Of a DNA stretch of 64,000 nt, positions 51,340 through 60,826 are shown piece by piece. Position numbers and translations under genes: made by a program. Position 1 is the first letter of the stretch; each line of letters opens with the position of its first letter. Where the stretch lies: positions 425 through 64,424 of the forward strand of contig JAKADP010000006.1 in NCBI GenBank assembly GCA_021820465.1, written 5' to 3'. A model generated the notes under the pieces. The model saw nothing but the letters and a program-made list of their open reading frames with translations, was not told the origin of the DNA and did no database searches. The stretch comes from Bacillota bacterium. Its GTDB lineage: Bacteria; Bacillota; Sulfobacillia; Sulfobacillales; JAIMBI01.

Positions 51340-52566
51340 TTGGAGCCCATTGTGGTGGACCACGCGGAGGGCACGGCCGTGTACGATGAAGACGGCCGAG
51401 CCTATCTCGATTTGTTTTCGGGCATCGCGGTGGTGAACGCCGGCCACGGCCACCCCCGTGTGCGCGAGGCGGTCAAAGCCCAGGTGGACCGGCTCATTCA
51501 TGCGCAGTCCTATACGTACTACGTCAAGCCAGTGGCGGATCTGGCGGAGCAGCTGGCGGCGGTAGCTCCTGGACGACTGACCAAGTCGTTCTTTGGCAAC
51601 ACCGGGGCCGAAGGCATTGAAACCGCCATGCGCATGGCCAAGGCGTATACGGGCCGCCACGAGTTCATTGCGCTCGAACGCAGCTTTCATGGCCGCTCGG
51701 TGGGTACCTTGAGTCTGACGGGCAACATGGCACGAAAGACCCGGGGCGGGCCGTATCTGCCGGGGGTCTTCTTTGCACCGGCGCCCTACGCGTACCGGTC
51801 CCGCTTTGGGTCGGATCCCGAGGAGGTGGCCGAGCGCTCAGCGGACGCCTTGGAAGACGTCATTCGCTTTCACACGGCGGGTGACGTCGCGGCATTCATC
51901 GTGGAGCCCGTCATGGGCGAGGGTGGCATCATCGTGCCGCCGACCAGCTACCTGCCGCGGGTGAAGGCCATCTTGGACCGATACGGCATTTTGCTGATTG
52001 CCGACGAGGTGCAGAGCGGATTTGGCCGCACCGGCAAAATGTTTGCCATCGAGCACAGCGCGGTCGAGCCCGACATCCTCGTGGCTGCTAAGGGCATCGC
52101 GGATGGCTTTCCCATGTCCGCGACCATCGCCCGGCCCGAGGTGGCCGATGCGCTGCGGCCCGGCGAACACCTGTCGACCTTTGGCGGCAACCCCGTGGTG
52201 TGCGCCGCCGCCTTGGCCAATTTGCAGGTGATGCGCGATGAGGACCTGCCAGGGCGGGCGGCCCGACTGGGCGCCAGCGCCCTGGTGGCGCTGCGGCAGG
52301 GTGCCGCCGGGCTGCCGCGCGTGGGTGAGGTGCGCGGCCTGGGTCTCATGATTGGCGTGGAGCTGGTGGAAAGCCGCGACACCAAGGAGCCGGCGCCGCG
52401 GCTGGCGCAAGCGGTGCGCGCCAGCCTGCGCGCCCGGGGCCTCTTGGTGGGCGTGGGCGGGCCGGATGCCAACGTGCTGCGCATCCAGCCGCCGCTAGTG
52501 ATCGACGAGCCGACCTTAAAGCAAGCGATGGGGATCATCGTGGACGTGCTGAGGGCGGAGGGCTAG
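51340..52566 (+). CDS. class-III (omega) aminotransferase
   Basis: GHGHP, DEVQSGFGRTGKMFA (PLP lysine region). 408 aa from TTG 51340. The frame is open upstream to 51217, and the family N-terminus probably begins near 51283, where there is no canonical start codon. Confidence 0.85.
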   Translation: MEPIVVDHAEGTAVYDEDGRAYLDLFSGIAVVNAGHGHPRVREAVKAQVDRLIHAQSYTYYVKPVADLAEQLAAVAPGRLTKSFFGNTGAEGIETAMRMAKAYTGRHEFIALERSFHGRSVGTLSLTGNMARKTRGGPYLPGVFFAPAPYAYRSRFGSDPEEVAERSADALEDVIRFHTAGDVAAFIVEPVMGEGGIIVPPTSYLPRVKAILDRYGILLIADEVQSGFGRTGKMFAIEHSAVEPDILVAAKGIADGFPMSATIARPEVADALRPGEHLSTFGGNPVVCAAALANLQVMRDEDLPGRAARLGASALVALRQGAAGLPRVGEVRGLGLMIGVELVESRDTKEPAPRLAQAVRASLRARGLLVGVGGPDANVLRIQPPLVIDEPTLKQAMGIIVDVLRAEG

Positions 52567-52612
52567 CGGCAGCTCCGTGACTTGGCGGTGCCGCCGGGAA
52601 GGGGGTTTCTCC

Positions 52613-53731
52613 GTGAGCGACCACTACCTGATGACCCCGGCGGGCAAGCCCCGCGCGCGGGCGCTGGGCATCCCCTTGTTGGGCGCACCCGGGCCGACGA
52701 ACGCCATCACCGACGTCGCAGGCGTGGAGGTGGGGATGGCGACCCTGATTCGCGGCGCTGCCGTGCGGACCGGTGTGACGGTTATCCACCCGCGCGGGCC
52801 GTCCGGCTCTCCCGATCCGGTGGCGGCGGGATTTCACGCCCAGAACGGCAACGGCGAAATGACCGGAGTGAGCTGGATCCACGAGTCGGGCACATTTGCG
52901 GGGCCGGTGGGGATTACCAGCACGGGCGCCGTGGGGGTGGTGCACGCAGCCATCAATGCATGGGTGGCGGACCACCATCCGCAGATGGCGGAGGCATGGG
53001 TCCTGCCCGTGGTGGGGGAAACGTGGGACGGCTATCTGCACGACATAAACGGCCAACACGTCACGGCCGCCCTGGCCCGGGATGCGCTCGACGGCTCGTC
53101 GGGCGGGCCAGTGGAAGAAGGGTCCGTGGGTGGCGGCACGGGCATGACCTGCTATCAGTACAAAGGGGGATCGGGGACGGCATCGCGCCGGGTGGTCGTG
53201 GCAGGACGCGCCGTCACGGTCGGGGTGTTTCTGCAGGCGAACTTTGGCCGGCGCGCGGAGCTGACCGTGGCGGGCGTGCCGCTGGGCCTTGAACTTTCCG
53301 ACGACAACCCCATGGCCATCCAGTCGGCAACCCCGGCGGGCGCGGGATCGGTCATCGCCGTAGCCGCCACCGACGCGCCCCTGCTGCCCGGTCAGCTGGA
53401 GGCGATGGCGCGGCGCGTCCCGATGGGGCTCGCGCGCACGGGAACCACCGGATCTCACTTTTCTGGCGACCTGTGCCTAGCCTTTTCGACCGCCAACCCG
53501 GGGGCGTTTGTGCCGCAGAAACGACCGGGGGGACTTGGTCGGCTGGACTTCCTTCCCTGGGAGGTAATGGATCCTCTGTTTGCGGCGGTGGTTTATGCGA
53601 CGGAAGAGGCGGTGCTGAATGCCTTGGTGGCCAACGACCCGATGACGGGGCGGGATGGCCACGTGGCGCCCGCGCTGCCTCGCGACCGAGTGGCGGCTCG
53701 GTTTGGGGGACAGCCGCGCCATCATGGGTAG
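52613..53731 (+). CDS. DmpA/S58 (P1) family aminopeptidase
   Basis: GVTVIHP, NGNGEMTG, and the self-processing/nucleophile region GGGTGMTCYQYKGGSGTASR. The start is GTG 52613 or ATG 52631. Confidence 0.8.
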   Translation: MSDHYLMTPAGKPRARALGIPLLGAPGPTNAITDVAGVEVGMATLIRGAAVRTGVTVIHPRGPSGSPDPVAAGFHAQNGNGEMTGVSWIHESGTFAGPVGITSTGAVGVVHAAINAWVADHHPQMAEAWVLPVVGETWDGYLHDINGQHVTAALARDALDGSSGGPVEEGSVGGGTGMTCYQYKGGSGTASRRVVVAGRAVTVGVFLQANFGRRAELTVAGVPLGLELSDDNPMAIQSATPAGAGSVIAVAATDAPLLPGQLEAMARRVPMGLARTGTTGSHFSGDLCLAFSTANPGAFVPQKRPGGLGRLDFLPWEVMDPLFAAVVYATEEAVLNALVANDPMTGRDGHVAPALPRDRVAARFGGQPRHHG

Positions 53732-53788
53732 AAGACGCTAGAGGACGGCAGGCGGCCCTCGGGCGGGCCGCCGGAGAGGAGTGCCCAC

Positions 53789-55288
53789 ATGAGCGATCCC
53801 ACGCCAACGGTCCCGCACTTTATCAACGGGGAGACGCAGATGGGTGAGGCGGCGCGGTTTGCCCCCGTCTATAATCCGGCCACGGGGCAGGTTACGCACC
53901 GCGTCCCTCTGGGGTCAGGGGGCGTCGAGGCCGCGGTGGCGGCGGCGCGCGCGGCCTACCCGGCCTGGCGCGCCACGCCGCTCGCCCGCCGCACCGCCAT
54001 CTTGTTTCAGATCCGCGATCGGTTGGCGTCCCATCAGCAGGAGATTGCGCGCATCATCACGGCCCAGCACGGCAAGGTGCTGGCGGATGCCATGGGCGAA
54101 GTGGCCCGCGGTCTCGAAAACGTCGAGTTTGCGTGTGGCATCCCGCAGCTGCTCAAGGGTGAATACAGCGAGCAGGCGTCCACTGATGTGGATGTGTATT
54201 CCATCCGCCAGCCGCTGGGCGTGGTGGTGGGGGTCAGTCCGTTCAATTTTCCCGCCATGGTGCCGCTTTGGATGATGGCCAACGGCATCGCGTGCGGCAA
54301 CACGTTTGTCTTGAAGCCCTCCGAGAAAGATCCGTCGGCGTCTGTGCTGATCGCCCAGCTGATGACTGAGGCTGGGCTGCCTCCGGGGGTGCTGAATGTG
54401 GTGCAGGGGGATCGCGAGGCGGTGGAGGCGCTGGTGGGCCATCCGGACGTGGCGGCCGTGTCGGTGGTGGGGTCCACGCCGGTGGCGCGGGCCATCCGCC
54501 GCGCGGCCGTGGCGGCCGACAAGCGAGTGCAGGCACTGGGCGGGGCTAAGAACCACCTGGTGGTGCTGGCGGACGCGGATCTGGGTGCGGCCGCCGACGG
54601 TGCGGTGTCGGCGGCCTACGGGTCGGCCGGCGAGCGGTGCATGGCGGTGTCGGTGGTCGTCGCCGTGGAGGAGGTGGCCGATGAATTGGTGGCCGCCATC
54701 ACCCAACGCATGGCGGCGCTGGTGATTGGGGATGGCATGGATCCCGCGTCCGACATGGGGCCTCTGGTCACTCGCGAACACCGCGACCGCGTGGCCGGGT
54801 ATGTGGAGTCCGCGCAGCGCGAGGGCGCTGCGCTGGTTGTGGATGGCCGGTCCGCGCCCGTGACCTCATCCCCGGGATTCTTTCTGGGCGCCACGCTGCT
54901 GGACCACGTGACGCCCGAGATGGCGTGCTATCGCGATGAGATATTCGGGCCTGTCCTGTCGGTCGTGCGAGTGGCGTCTGCAGACGACGCGCTCCAGCTG
55001 GTGAACGACAACCCTTGGGGCAACGGGGTGGCACTGTACACGCGGGACGGCGGGGCGGCGCGGCGGTTCCAGTTCGAGGTGCTGTGCGGCATGGTCGGCA
55101 TCAATGTGCCCATTCCTGTCCCCGTGGGCTACCACTCATTTGGCGGCTGGAAGGCCTCGCTGTTTGGCGAGACGCACATGTACGGCCCCGACAGCGTCAA
55201 CTTCTACACGCGCCGCAAGGTGGTCACCAGCCGCTGGCCATCGGCCACGCCCGCCGGCGTGGACCTGCGGTTCCCCGGGGCGCCATGA
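53789..55288 (+). CDS. mmsA: CoA-acylating methylmalonate/malonate-semialdehyde dehydrogenase
   Basis: 499-aa ALDH. HFINGE N-terminus, FVLKPSEKDP, GERCMA catalytic Cys, and the family-typical C-terminus FYTRRKVVTSRW. Confidence 0.9.
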   Translation: MSDPTPTVPHFINGETQMGEAARFAPVYNPATGQVTHRVPLGSGGVEAAVAAARAAYPAWRATPLARRTAILFQIRDRLASHQQEIARIITAQHGKVLADAMGEVARGLENVEFACGIPQLLKGEYSEQASTDVDVYSIRQPLGVVVGVSPFNFPAMVPLWMMANGIACGNTFVLKPSEKDPSASVLIAQLMTEAGLPPGVLNVVQGDREAVEALVGHPDVAAVSVVGSTPVARAIRRAAVAADKRVQALGGAKNHLVVLADADLGAAADGAVSAAYGSAGERCMAVSVVVAVEEVADELVAAITQRMAALVIGDGMDPASDMGPLVTREHRDRVAGYVESAQREGAALVVDGRSAPVTSSPGFFLGATLLDHVTPEMACYRDEIFGPVLSVVRVASADDALQLVNDNPWGNGVALYTRDGGAARRFQFEVLCGMVGINVPIPVPVGYHSFGGWKASLFGETHMYGPDSVNFYTRRKVVTSRWPSATPAGVDLRFPGAP

Positions 55289-55538
55289 TTCGAGTTCGTT
55301 AGGGACACTTTAGCGTGTGTCCGCCTGTGCCGGTGAGCGTCAAGAACGGAGACGGCGACAGGAATCACGCGTCCGCGGTGCGCGTGCACACCTCCGTGGC
55401 GAGCGCTAGGATCTGGGCGCGCGAGGTAAAGGGCGATTCCCAACTCGCTTGCATGACGAGATGCGCCTAAGGGTATATCATTGTTGGGAGGCTCCCTTGG
55501 GGAGGAGCCTAGGACGTCCTACACCGAGGTGATTGTGA

Positions 55539-55754
55539 GTGGACATCCGGATTATCCTAGAGCGTCATGAAGATGGATACGTCGCGTATCCCATTGGGAT
55601 TTGGGGCGTCATCATCGGGCAAGGGGACACAGCGGAAGAAGCCATGGCCGATGTCATGAGCGCCATAAAATTCCATGCGGAAACGTTTGGAGAAGCATCC
55701 TTGTGGTCGGACGACCGAGTGTTGCAGGTCGAACTGCGGGAAGCCCGCGTGTGA
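55539..55754 (+). CDS. hicB: HicB-family antitoxin-like protein (N-domain only)
   Basis: 71 aa. ERHEDGYVAYPIGIWGVIIGQGDTAEEAMADVMSAIKFH fits the HicB/UPF0150 fold signature. GAGGTG precedes GTG 55539. Confidence 0.7.
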   Translation: MDIRIILERHEDGYVAYPIGIWGVIIGQGDTAEEAMADVMSAIKFHAETFGEASLWSDDRVLQVELREARV

Positions 55755-55763
55755 TCATCTTAC

Positions 55764-56006
55764 CTACGCATCCCGAAGCGCCTCGAGAAATTCCTGGCGG
55801 GTTATCCCCGCTTGCCGGATAGCGGTCCGCAGCGTAGAGCCCTTGATAGTGGAATGGTTGGGAAGCGTCATGAGGGAGCGAGTTCCGTCGGAATTTTGCC
55901 TCTGCAAGGCAAGATGTGGCCCTGAACGGACTTCCACAAAGCCCAACACCCCCAAAGCCTTCAGGACGTCCCGGATGGGAGCATCTTTCGGAAATGCCGC
56001 GTTCAT
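55764..56006 (-). CDS. hicA: HicA-family mRNA interferase toxin
   Basis: 80 aa. IRDVLKALGVLGFVEVRSGPHLAL...TLPNHSTIKGSTLRTAIRQAGITRQEF matches the HicA pattern. ATG 56006 lies 10 nt after GAGGAG. Confidence 0.75.
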   Translation of the reverse strand: MNAAFPKDAPIRDVLKALGVLGFVEVRSGPHLALQRQNSDGTRSLMTLPNHSTIKGSTLRTAIRQAGITRQEFLEALRDA

Positions 56007-56013
56007 GGGTGTA

Positions 56014-56586
56014 TCACTCCTCGGCAAACGGTAGGGTCACGATGAAGCGGGCTAGGCGTTGTGCCTCGCCGGGCGACAAGTCCTCGGGAATTTGTAACGT
56101 GGCATCGAGTCCGGGTCTGACGGGAAAATTAATGGCGACGATGCGAATGCCCGTGGCTGCCCTGGGAGAATCGGCGATAGGTTGACTCGCGCGATGTCGG
56201 CTGGCGGCCCCTCGGGCCCTGCTTGGGGGCTGAGCAGTTCTGCGGTGAGTGCCTGTGGCGAGGCTGTCCCCGGCCAGCCACCGTAAGTATAGGTCGACGG
56301 CGGCTTTGAATCGTTGCGCATAGGTGTCGATGGTTCGGTCGTTGAATCTGGCGGTTCCGCGGTGCCGGTTGCGGAAGCGAATAGTCAACCCGTCGATGTC
56401 GGCCGTAGCTAGCGCGAGAGCATCCTGCTCACCGTCCAAGACACGGCGGCAAGCGTTTTGGAGAGCGGTAGCTCTGGCCCGCGGAAGCTCGCCCTTCTCG
56501 ATCGCATGGTCAAGGAATGCCCGTAGCCCGGCTACGGTGCCCGAGGAAGCGACGGACACATCGCCGTCCATTATCGGTGGGAGCAC
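56014..56586 (-). CDS. hypothetical protein, 190 aa, immediately upstream of hicA
   Basis: GTG 56586 behind CAGGAGGTG. Its stop lies 7 nt before the hicA ATG, and its last codons supply the hicA SD. The C-terminus reads FPVRPGLDATLQIPEDLSPGEAQRLARFIVTL. No family recognised. Confidence 0.6.
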   Translation of the reverse strand: MLPPIMDGDVSVASSGTVAGLRAFLDHAIEKGELPRARATALQNACRRVLDGEQDALALATADIDGLTIRFRNRHRGTARFNDRTIDTYAQRFKAAVDLYLRWLAGDSLATGTHRRTAQPPSRARGAASRHRASQPIADSPRAATGIRIVAINFPVRPGLDATLQIPEDLSPGEAQRLARFIVTLPFAEE

Positions 56587-56897
56587 TTCGCCACCTCCTG
56601 TACCCTAGAGTCAGGATCCCCGAGTCATCGGCATCATGCCACGATCCTCGGTCCGTATCCAATCGTCCTAATAAAATATTCTGTGCGACCGTCGCAAGTT
56701 ACCTTTTTTGTATGAGCAGCAAGGAGTTCAGCTGGCATCTGTGAGTACCGTCCTGTTAACAGAGTGATCGAGACCTGTCTGGACCGGAACATAGCGGCAA
56801 TGGCTCCGGGTTGTTTTAGGCTGCGCGACGGTCGTGAAACCGTTTCTGGGTAACCGTACGGGTGTGGTGGTGAGCTACGGGGCGGGGGCCCTGGCTA

Positions 56898-58134
56898 GTG
56901 TAGCCATTCCAAGTGTGTGACAGATTGGAGGGGGTGGGGTGCGCTGGGATCGTTCTTCGTGGGAGGTGATCCCGATGCCCCGTCCCCGCACGGTGCCGCG
57001 CTTGACCGTCAGTACCGCGGAGGTGACCTACCTGGACCGGGTGGCCCGTTCCCGCATGGCGCCCGTCTGCACGGTGCCGCGCGCCCGGATTCTCGCGGCG
57101 TATGGGGCTGGCGCCAGCGGCCCGGCGATTGCCGCGACCTGGGCGTGCCCCTGCCGACGGTGATGCGGTGTGTCAAGAAAGCGTTGGCGCTGGGGCCCCG
57201 GCGGGCGCTCGAAGACTTGCCCCGGGCGGGCCGCCCCCCGCGCATTACCGCAGAGACCCGGGCGTGGATCGTGAGCCTCGCGTGCCAAAAGCCCAAGGAT
57301 CTGGGCTGGGCCCCCGAGTGCTGGACCGAGTCCCTGCGCGCCCGCTACGTGCGCGAACACGCCGCGCCGGCCGGCCATCCCTCTGCGGGCCAGATCCAAC
57401 AGGGCACCCTCTCCAAGCTGTTGGCCGCGCAGGACCTGGACCCGCATCGGGTGCGGTACTACCTGCAACGGGAGGACCCCCATTTCGATGCCAAGATGGG
57501 CAGGTCTTGCACGTGTACCAGCAGGTGACCTTTGCCTTCAACCCCGAGGACACCGGCTCGCAGTGCGCTGGTCCTACGACGAAAAGCCGGGGATTCAAGC
57601 GCTACCGGCGATCGCCCGCGAAAGCCCGGGGTCGCCGACCAGGGCAGCTGGGAGCGGGATTATGAGTACCAACGCCTGGGCACCCGCACGCTGCTGGCCG
57701 GCATTGACCTAGCGACGGGCGAGGTGCTGGGGTTGGTGCGGGCCCGGCACCGGAGTCGGGAGTTCGTGGAGTGGGTGCAGGCGCTGGACGCGAAGTACGA
57801 CGCCAAGGTGAAGATCCAGGTGGTGCTGGACAACCATTCCGCCCACACCTCGCAGGAGACCCGACGCTACTTGGCCACCCAGCCCAATCGGTTCGCCTTC
57901 GTGCTTACCCCGGTCCACGCCTCCTGGCTGAACCTGATCATGGTGTTCTTCGCCAAACTGGCCAAGCAGTGCTTGCGGGGGATCCGCGTGGCGTCCGCGG
58001 AGGAACTCGAAACCCGCCTCCAGCAATACCTGGACGGGGTGAACCAGGACCCGGTCCCCTTTCGCTGGCGGTGGCGCTTCGAGTCCGCGGACCCGCCAGA
58101 CTCACAACAGGACGGCAGTTAGAAATGGATCTAC
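56898..58134 (+). mobile_element. IS630-family insertion sequence, transposase decayed
   Basis: Imperfect terminal IRs: GTGTAGCCATTCCAAGTG (left) and the reverse complement of CAGTTAGAAATGGATCTAC (right). Each is flanked by TA (56896-56897 and 58135-58136). The transposase pieces (HTH, RAGRPPRIT, SYDEKPGIQAL, DNHSAH, SWLNLI) are spread over three frames with an in-frame stop at 57529. Confidence 0.75.
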
Positions 58135-58225
58135 TAGGGCGTGCGTGGGTTGGCAAAATTACGGGGGTGCGGAGAGCCGAGAGTCCCATTCCATGCCACA
58201 ATGGCGGGCAAGGGGGTCTTCGCTG

Positions 58226-58684
58226 ATGCAGATCGACATTCCGGGTCGCGCCCCGCTCACGCTCGAGCATGCCGTCTTTGATCTGAACGGCACGCTGTCG
58301 CTGGACGGAGGATTGCTGCCGGGCGTGCAGGAGCGCGCGCGAGCGCTGAGTGGGCAGCTCTCGTGCCTGCTGCTGACCGCCGACACGTTTGGCACCGGGG
58401 AGGCGGTGGCGCGCGCCTTGGGCTTCGCGTTTCAGCGCGTGGCCGATGGCGCCGAGAAGGTGGCGGCCGTCCGGTCGCGGGGCATCCAGCACACCGTGGC
58501 CGTCGGCAACGGCCAAAACGATGTGGGGATGCTGCGGGAGTCAGCGCTCGGCATCGTCGTGTTAGGCCCGGAGGGCACAGCCGTGAGCGCCCTGCAGGCC
58601 GCCACCATCGCGGTGCCTAACATTTGCGTCGCGCTAGACTTGCTGCTGCATCCGGCGCGCCTCATCGCCACCCTCAGGGCGTAG
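58226..58684 (+). CDS. small HAD-superfamily hydrolase (soluble P-type-ATPase-like)
   Basis: 152 aa. FDLNGTL (DxxGT-like motif I) and VGNGQNDVGML (motif III). Confidence 0.7.
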   Translation: MQIDIPGRAPLTLEHAVFDLNGTLSLDGGLLPGVQERARALSGQLSCLLLTADTFGTGEAVARALGFAFQRVADGAEKVAAVRSRGIQHTVAVGNGQNDVGMLRESALGIVVLGPEGTAVSALQAATIAVPNICVALDLLLHPARLIATLRA

Positions 58685-58702
58685 TGGCCCCGCTGGTGCC
58701 GG

Positions 58703-59854
58703 CTAGGGACCTCCCACGGCGTTGGCCCACGCGGGGGTAGTGGGAGCCGCGGCCGTCCGGGCGGCCAGCGGGCTCCAGCTGGGCTGGCCGGCCGGGTTCA
58801 AGGCGAGGCGGTATTCGGTGGTCTGCCGTGGGCGGCCCAAGACGAGCCGCTGGCCGCCCTCCAGCACCACGGTGGTTCGCAGAGGCACGAGGGTGGGCCA
58901 CACGCGGGAGGTCCAATGTAGCCCGCCGTCGGATGTGGCGTACAGCACAAGCTGCAGAGACGTGGCCGACGTCGGAATGGTCACGGGCACCCACACCACC
59001 CCCGTGGGGGACAAGCTGGGCGCGCCTTCCAGGATATTGGTGCTGGCCGCGCTTGGCGGCAGCTGGAGTGCCCGCGCCACCCAGGTGATGCCGCCGTTGG
59101 TGGTGGTCAGGATCCGGGCCGAATCGAAGGCCGGCGTGTTGATGGTCGCGATGCCCGATCCATCCCGGCGGAACGCTATGGCATTGACGTCCTCAAAGAG
59201 CGGGGAGTGCCCGGATGGCGCTTGGGATGCTTGCAGCAGCTGCCAGTGGCGGCCGCCGTCCACGGTGCCCAGCAGGGCATTCATCTGACTCCCGGCAAGG
59301 TCCTGAGATGTGAGGAGCATCCACCCGCGGCGGGCACTCACAAACTGGATTTGGAGAGACCCGCCGGCCACCGAGGATCCCCACGGCGATGCAAGTGGTG
59401 CGGTCCCACGCGTCCAGTGCACGCCGCGGTCGGTCGTTTCGTCAACCGTCACGGCGGTCCCGTGGGGCGGTTCAACGGCCACTACCGCCACGTTGGGGGC
59501 GGGGAACGCTTCCGCCACCGTGGCATCCCCTTGGCCGGCGCTCTGCCCTGATCCGCTGAGCGGTGCGCCCAAGGCCACGCGGGCCAACCCGGGCGGCCCG
59601 CTGCCCACCCACGATGTGCCGCCGCCGCGGGCCTCTACCGAGTTTGCCGGTGGCAGGGCCCACCCGCCTGCCGCTGAACCCGCCGCGATAAATGAGAAGG
59701 CGAGGGGGAGCCGCGGGCGGCGGGTTTCTGTCCTGGGCCGGGGCGGTGCCCCGGATGCCGTCGGGTGCAGCGCGGCGGGCCCGCACCCGGCCAGCAGGGC
59801 CGACGCCATCATCGCCATCATCGCGGCCGTCCGCCGCGGTGCTCCCTGCCCCAA
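58703..59854 (-). CDS. lipoprotein with BNR/Asp-box beta-propeller repeats, third paralog
   Basis: TTG 59854 lies 6 nt after GGAGG. Signal MGQGAPRRTAAMMAMMASALLAGC. Boxes TTDRGVHW, TVDGGRHW, TTNGGITW, TSDGGLHW. Confidence 0.7.
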   Translation of the reverse strand: MGQGAPRRTAAMMAMMASALLAGCGPAALHPTASGAPPRPRTETRRPRLPLAFSFIAAGSAAGGWALPPANSVEARGGGTSWVGSGPPGLARVALGAPLSGSGQSAGQGDATVAEAFPAPNVAVVAVEPPHGTAVTVDETTDRGVHWTRGTAPLASPWGSSVAGGSLQIQFVSARRGWMLLTSQDLAGSQMNALLGTVDGGRHWQLLQASQAPSGHSPLFEDVNAIAFRRDGSGIATINTPAFDSARILTTTNGGITWVARALQLPPSAASTNILEGAPSLSPTGVVWVPVTIPTSATSLQLVLYATSDGGLHWTSRVWPTLVPLRTTVVLEGGQRLVLGRPRQTTEYRLALNPAGQPSWSPLAARTAAAPTTPAWANAVGGP

Positions 59855-60150
59855 CCCGCACCTCCTCGGCCTCGTGCAGCTCGGGCGCGCGCCGGCGACC
59901 GCGCTGGGTTCTGCTTCTGACTCCTAAACGCCTGGATGGCCCGGCCTGTTGCGCGGCGAGAGAAGCGGGGCGGGGTTGAACCGGGCCAGCGGCGAGCCCT
60001 TGGCGTCGCCGCCGATCCCCAGCAAGAAGGGTGCCTTGGAGTGTGATTTCGGCGCCGCTGCGGTGGGGCTACCGCTTGAGGTGCTGGGAGAGCCGGTCAA
60101 ATTCGGCAGTGTCAATCTCGCCGCGCGCGAGGCGCGCCTCCAAGATCGCC
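59804..60150. repeat. direct repeat copy A (347 bp)
   Basis: Aligns without gaps to 62174..62520 at a constant offset of 2370 bp. I counted 17 mismatches by eye (about 95% identity). Confidence 0.85.
60069..60150 (-). pseudogene. 3-prime remnant of a SHOCT-domain gene (last 26 codons)
   Basis: Encodes AILEARLARGEIDTAEFDRLSQHLKR-stop, one substitution from the C-terminus of 62439..62699. No upstream part is present. Confidence 0.7.
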
Positions 60151-60784
60151 GACGATGTCCGGAGTCGTGGTGCAAAAAGGCGAGATTCCGCCGGGCCCCT
60201 AAGTCTAAAGAGAGCGTAACGGATCTGGGGGGGCGCACGTCAAGCCGGGAACGACGGGGATGGGGCGTTCGCCCTGCATGCATGGCGTCCATAGGGCGGC
60301 CCCAGGGCCGCGTGGGCGCCGGCCGCCCGTTGGGCTCGCTACATGGCCAGGTGGGACGAATACAAGCCTTCGCGGCGCAGATCCAGCCGCCGCGCGGGTC
60401 GGACCACCGGGCGGCAAACCGCGTGCGGTAGGAGAATTTGGCGCGGTCCCGGCGGAGGAGCACGCACACCGGATGCGCGGGCGCCGGCGCGTTCCGCCAA
60501 GGCGTACAGGCGAGGGAGTCCTGCCACGAGCCGAGGGTGATCACTTCGGGGTCGGGCACCGTCTCGAGGATCTCCCGCCGCCACTGGGGCAGCAGATGGT
60601 CTGGCGCCAGCACCAGCCATGGGTAGCCGCCGCCCCCTGCCGTCGGTGCGCCTCCCACGGCACCAGACCCATCGGGAGCGTCTTGCCACCCCCTGCTCGC
60701 CGATGACCAGCGCCCACGCTTCGCGTTGAAGCGTGGTGGCCAGCGCGCGGGGCAATATTTGAGGCTGCTGGGAGCAACGGTCAC
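60151..60784 (-). pseudogene. N-terminal stub of an SF2 (SNF2/DEAD-like) helicase, frameshifted and truncated
   Basis: ALVIGEQ / AGGGKTLPMG (Walker A) / YPWLVLAPDHLLPQWRREILE (motif Ia-like) lie in three different frames. The frame switches coincide with C5 runs at 60689-60693 and 60633-60637. The sequence ends at the repeat boundary. Confidence 0.45.
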
Positions 60785-60826
60785 CGTGTCGATATTGAGA
60801 GTGGGAGGCCTCGTCCCGCGACGCGG

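Noticed and set aside
56917-58122. IS630 transposase expressed by programmed -1 frameshifting
   Set aside because: More than one frame change is needed. An in-frame TGA also occurs at 57529-57531, and a probable catalytic residue is substituted. This is more consistent with decay.
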